Assembly (NCBI GenBank): GCA_963735805.1
Contig: CAVTMK010000004.1
Location: 224,001 to 288,000 of the forward strand
Length of the DNA stretch: 64,000 nt
Source: an uncultured Verrucomicrobiae bacterium
Lineage (GTDB): Bacteria > Verrucomicrobiota > Verrucomicrobiia > Chthoniobacterales > UBA10450
Direction of reading: 5' to 3'
This document shows, piece after piece, positions 60,049 through 64,000 of the stretch. Position 1 is the first letter of the stretch, and every line of letters begins with the position of its first letter. The notes below the pieces were generated by a model. That model was not told the origin of the DNA, searched no databases, and saw only the letters and a program-made list of their open reading frames with translations. The position numbers and the translations under genes were made by a program.

Positions 60049-60885
60049 TCAACTCTTTGCGTTCAACGCTTGCTCAATGATGATCTGGGCAAAACCGGGG
60101 TCGGTGCCGATCGAAGGGGCATAAAACAGCAAACGATCGTCGATCTTGTATGGGTTTTGCTGGAAAATCGCGCCGCCCGCTGTAGCCGGGGACGCTGACC
60201 TCGGTCGGATGCGGTCAACACCCGCGTCTACAACAATACCAATCAATTTCGGTATATCTTCGTAGCTATGGAGTCCGTCTGAGATAAAAAAAGGAACCAC
60301 GACCGCATTGCGAGTCCTCGTCAATTTCCGCCAATTCGAAACCAGTGGCGGTTCTTCCATGTAAACGTTCAGCACCGCGGCGAATTTTCCGAGCGCACGG
60401 ATCTTTTCTGCTTCCCGTTTTGCCGCGACGGCGCTGTTTTCGTTCAAATCCGTGCCATGTGCCACGATGAACAAGCTGGTCTCGGCGGGGTCGACGCCAG
60501 GTGCGATCGCAGTTGCACGTTCGAGCAGCAATTCCGTCATTGCCGGATGATTCCCGACCGGCTGACAATATTTCCATATTTGCCCGCTCGGTCGTTCTGT
60601 TGTGGAGCCATTCAGCTCCAGCTCGCGGGGGATCACCGTCTGCGTAAAATAGCCTTCGCTGATAAAATTCGGCACCACGCAGACTTCCCGAATCGATTCT
60701 GGATCGAACAAAAACAAAGCATCTCGCAAGCTCGGTTCTTCCTTCCAGAACGCGCAACCGACATCAACGAAAATTCTCCGACGCCGAATCTCTGCGGCAT
60801 GCGCCAGACTCGGCGCGCTGGAATCAGGGTTCACGGTCGAGCCGTGAGCGACGATTAAAAGGGCCGTGTCTGATTTACTGAGCAC
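60049..60885 (-). CDS. CbiX/SirB-like chelatase-fold protein
   Basis: Two VAHG domains, AFWKEEP, VVPFFISDGLH; GTG start at 60885 preferred. Confidence 0.85.
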   Translation of the reverse strand: MLSKSDTALLIVAHGSTVNPDSSAPSLAHAAEIRRRRIFVDVGCAFWKEEPSLRDALFLFDPESIREVCVVPNFISEGYFTQTVIPRELELNGSTTERPSGQIWKYCQPVGNHPAMTELLLERATAIAPGVDPAETSLFIVAHGTDLNENSAVAAKREAEKIRALGKFAAVLNVYMEEPPLVSNWRKLTRTRNAVVVPFFISDGLHSYEDIPKLIGIVVDAGVDRIRPRSASPATAGGAIFQQNPYKIDDRLLFYAPSIGTDPGFAQIIIEQALNAKS

Positions 60886-60981
60886 GACGAAACGCTCAAC
60901 GTCCAACACCAAAGGTTCAACATCCAATTTAATTGAGGATTGCACGTTGAGCGTTGCGCGTTAGACCTCTAAACTTAGGTG

Positions 60982-62022
60982 ATGCGTTTCCGCACTTATA
61001 AAAACACCGACCTTACGGTTAGCGAGGTTGGCTTTGGTTTGTGGACGATTTCCACCGGCTGGTGGGGGAATTTCACCGAGGGTGAGGCGATTGCTCTCAT
61101 GCGCAGGGCGTTGGACCTCGGTATCACTCTGTTCGATGCCGCGGACACATACGGAAATGGATTAAGCGAGGAGCTGATTGCCAAAGCGTTTCCGAACCAG
61201 CGGGACGAAATCGTGATCGCAACCAAGGTCGGCTACGATTTTGTTCATCACGGTGAGGCGCGCGGTCGTGGTCAGCGCGAGATTCCGCAGGATTTTTCCC
61301 CGGAAGCGGTGACGCGCGCAACGGACGCGGCGCTTAAGCGCCTTAGGACGGATCGAATTGATCTTCTGCAACTGCACAACATCCGGATGGAACAGGTTTA
61401 TGACGAAGCGCTCTGGACGACGCTCGAAAAATTGAAGTCCGGAGGGAAGGTTCGCTTTTACGGAATTGCACTTGGTCCAGCGATCGGCTGGCTTTACGAG
61501 GGGGCGAACTGTATTCGCGAGCGTGATATCACCAGCGTGCAACACATTTACAACATGCTTGAGCAGCATCCCGGGCGCACCATGCAGGATGCGGTCACCG
61601 AGAAGGGCAAAGACACTATGTTTCTTATCCGCGTGACGCATTCGTCTGGAATGCTGGAAGGAAAATACACTGCGGAAACAACGTTTCCGTCAACGGATCA
61701 TCGAAGCCATCGGCCGCGCAGTTGGTTGCTGAATGGAGTCAAAAAGGTGGAGAAATTGCGCTTCCTTGAAAATTCCGAGCGCACACTTGGGCAAGCGGCG
61801 TTGCAATGGTTACTTGCCGACGATCGCGTGGCTTCGACGTTGCCGAACATTTACAACGAAGAACAGCTAGTTGAATTTGCGAAAGCGCCGGATTGCCTGC
61901 CGCTAACAGCCGACGACATGACGAAGGTCGAGGAACTCTATTCCGAGAATTTCGGCATCGAAGAAGCGCCGGCGAAGTTCAAAGGCACCATGGAGCTGCC
62001 GGAAAAAACAGCGGCCGCATGA
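60982..62022 (+). CDS. Aldo/keto reductase
   Basis: VSEVGFG.W, FDAADTYG.G.SE, IATKVG, LKRLRTDRIDLLQLH. Confidence 0.92.
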   Translation: MRFRTYKNTDLTVSEVGFGLWTISTGWWGNFTEGEAIALMRRALDLGITLFDAADTYGNGLSEELIAKAFPNQRDEIVIATKVGYDFVHHGEARGRGQREIPQDFSPEAVTRATDAALKRLRTDRIDLLQLHNIRMEQVYDEALWTTLEKLKSGGKVRFYGIALGPAIGWLYEGANCIRERDITSVQHIYNMLEQHPGRTMQDAVTEKGKDTMFLIRVTHSSGMLEGKYTAETTFPSTDHRSHRPRSWLLNGVKKVEKLRFLENSERTLGQAALQWLLADDRVASTLPNIYNEEQLVEFAKAPDCLPLTADDMTKVEELYSENFGIEEAPAKFKGTMELPEKTAAA

Positions 62023-62084
62023 CTATAGTCGCAGGGCGTTGACCGCGATTTGGTTAGAATTGCCGAGGTCTGCGCTCTCGGCAG

Positions 62085-64000
62085 CTAATCCGACTCGTCT
62101 TCATCTTCTACCGGCTCGGCGCGGCGAATCTCCGGTTGCTCGCGAACTCGATGCTGTCGTTGGGTGATTACCTTTTCGCCTTTGTAAATTTCTTTGAAAA
62201 TATCGGCAATCATCGGGGCAGCCGCCGACCCTCCATGCACTTTACTGCCGACGTCTCCCTCGTAAACCGCCGCGAACGCATATCGCGGTTGGTCGGCTGG
62301 CAAGAATCCGGCGAACCAGGCAGCGGTGCGTTCTTTATTTTTGGGTCCCCATTGGGCCGTGCCAGTTTTACCGGCCACCTCGGCATTATCGAGGCTGGCT
62401 TGATGCGCGGTGCCGCCCGCGCCATTCACAACGTCGACCATTCCGGTGTGCACTTCGTCCAGCGTCTCGGATGAAAGGTTTAGCGTTCTCTTCGCTCGCA
62501 CCTGATAGGCAGTAACTATTTGGTTATCGAACGTCTGCACCTGTTGAACAAGCCGTGTTTGATACAATGTGCCGCCATTGGCCACAACGCCCATTGCCTG
62601 CGCCATTTGCAGCGGCGTCACCTGCGTGTCTCCCTGGCCAATTGACATGTTTGCGATGTCGCCGTTGAGCAACCTGCGACCATGCGTTGCCTTCATGTAT
62701 TCATCGTTGGGAACGCGGCCTTCCGCTTCGCCGCGCAAAGGAACACCGCACTTTGCGCCAAAGCCCAGTTGTAAAGCCCAATCGATGATCGGTTGCGCGC
62801 CGGTTTTTATCCCCACCTGATAAAACCATGTGTCGCAAGATTCGGTAAGCGCCTGGACGAAGTTCAGTGCGCCGCGGTTGCCTTTCTTCCAATTGTGAAA
62901 AGTGATGTTGCCAATCTGGATTGACGGAACGCATTCGTATTGATCGTCAGGATACACGGCCCTGGCTTTCCAGCGCTGCGATGCCAACCGCAATTTTGAA
63001 GGTCGATCCAGGCGGATATGACGAACGATACGCTCGCGGCAAAAGCGGAATGTCTGGATCGTTCTGCAAAACTTTGAGTTGTTCGGCCGAGATCGATGGG
63101 ACAAACAGGTTTGGATCGTACGTAGGCCAGGAGGCCAACGCCAGAATGTCGCCATTGTTTGGATCGATAATCACAATGGCGCCACGTTTTGCCTTTGCTT
63201 CCAGCGCCTTTTCAGCGAGTTGCTGAAGATGCAGGTCAAGCGTGGTGACCACGTTGTACCCGGGGTCAGGCGGAGTAATTAGTTTTTCGGAGGTCTTCCG
63301 GCCATCTTTATCAAATGTGAGTTTGTATTCGCCGTGCTTGCCTGTGAGCATCTCGTTAAACGTTTGCTCGAGTCCTTCGCGTCCTTCCGTTTCAGGCCAG
63401 AGTGTCTCGTGATTGTCAACGATGCCGTCGGGGTTTCGCCCGGTCTTGCCGGTGTAGCCGATAATTTGGCCGGCCACTTTTCCGTTCGGATAAACGCGCA
63501 CGTAGATCGGCCGCACCATGACCCCGGGCGGCGGATCGTTTTTGATCTGTTCGTACTCCAACTGACTAAGATTCTGTGCGATCTCCAGCGGCATGATTCC
63601 CCGGTTGTGGTAATGACGAAGAATCGCTTCGTCAGAAATCCTGAGTTTGCGACCAATGAGCCTGGCAGTTCTGTCGATCTTTTCCCTGGCGAAGTTGAGT
63701 ACCTGCGCGTCGGAAAAATCAAGCGGCGTGGGGAAATTGATGGCGAGATTGTAACTAAGACGATTTTGCGCAAGCGGCTCGCCATTGCGGTCTGTGATCT
63801 GGCCGCGCGGCGCTGGAACATCGAGGATGTAGGTGCGCGCCAGTTTTTGCGTCTCGAATGTCGGGATGATCGCCTCTTCTTCGTGTGACTGTGCGCTCGG
63901 AGTCGCGCTGGACACAGCAGATGGCGCCAGCACCTGGGCAAACGCTGAAGTGAGCGTTGCCTGGATCGAGAAGACGATCCACAAACTCCCCAAAATTCCC
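62085..64000 (-). CDS. mrdA: Penicillin-binding protein 2 (class B), split by a 1-nt frameshift at about 62960; 5' end at or beyond the window edge
   Basis: Upstream [22 protein letters not shown]. Downstream [18 protein letters not shown]. Junction AGC CAGG GCC GTG TAT CCT. Confidence 0.88.

Noticed and set aside
60886..60945. Track N-terminal extension of CbiX
   Set aside because: Translates intergenic heptamer repeats; homology begins near 60885.

Overview
Chromosomal window from a soil-type Verrucomicrobiota bacterium, inferred to be Chthoniobacterales / 'Ca. Udaeobacter'-like from the VPDSG-CTERM gene and the gene repertoire. Housekeeping blocks include the prpDBC methylcitrate cycle, otsAB, ruvC-lipB, rpoN, a frameshifted PBP2 and tRNA-Arg(TCT). 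Three accessory loci stand out. (1) 22.6-35.5 kb: a co-oriented array of 7 intact secreted proteins plus one collapsed gene. They carry different passenger domains but all end in the same non-hydrophobic (PT)n-TPRPRPTP[RH]PRPTPx tail, a candidate undescribed C-terminal sorting/anchoring signal. (2) 42.8-52.9 kb: an ECF sigma factor with two membrane Ser/Thr kinase-TPR genes and four copies of an ECF-type promoter, RGAACY-N11-TTTCCGGAKAA. These copies precede a candidate structured sRNA, a secreted Cys/PT-rich protein and one of the kinases. (3) 53.3-55.6 kb: a small secreted protein with a DUF5819-like and an HTTM gene, resembling SdpABC. No CRISPR array, rRNA, integrase or transposase was seen. 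All family calls come from motif recognition by eye, not from database searches.
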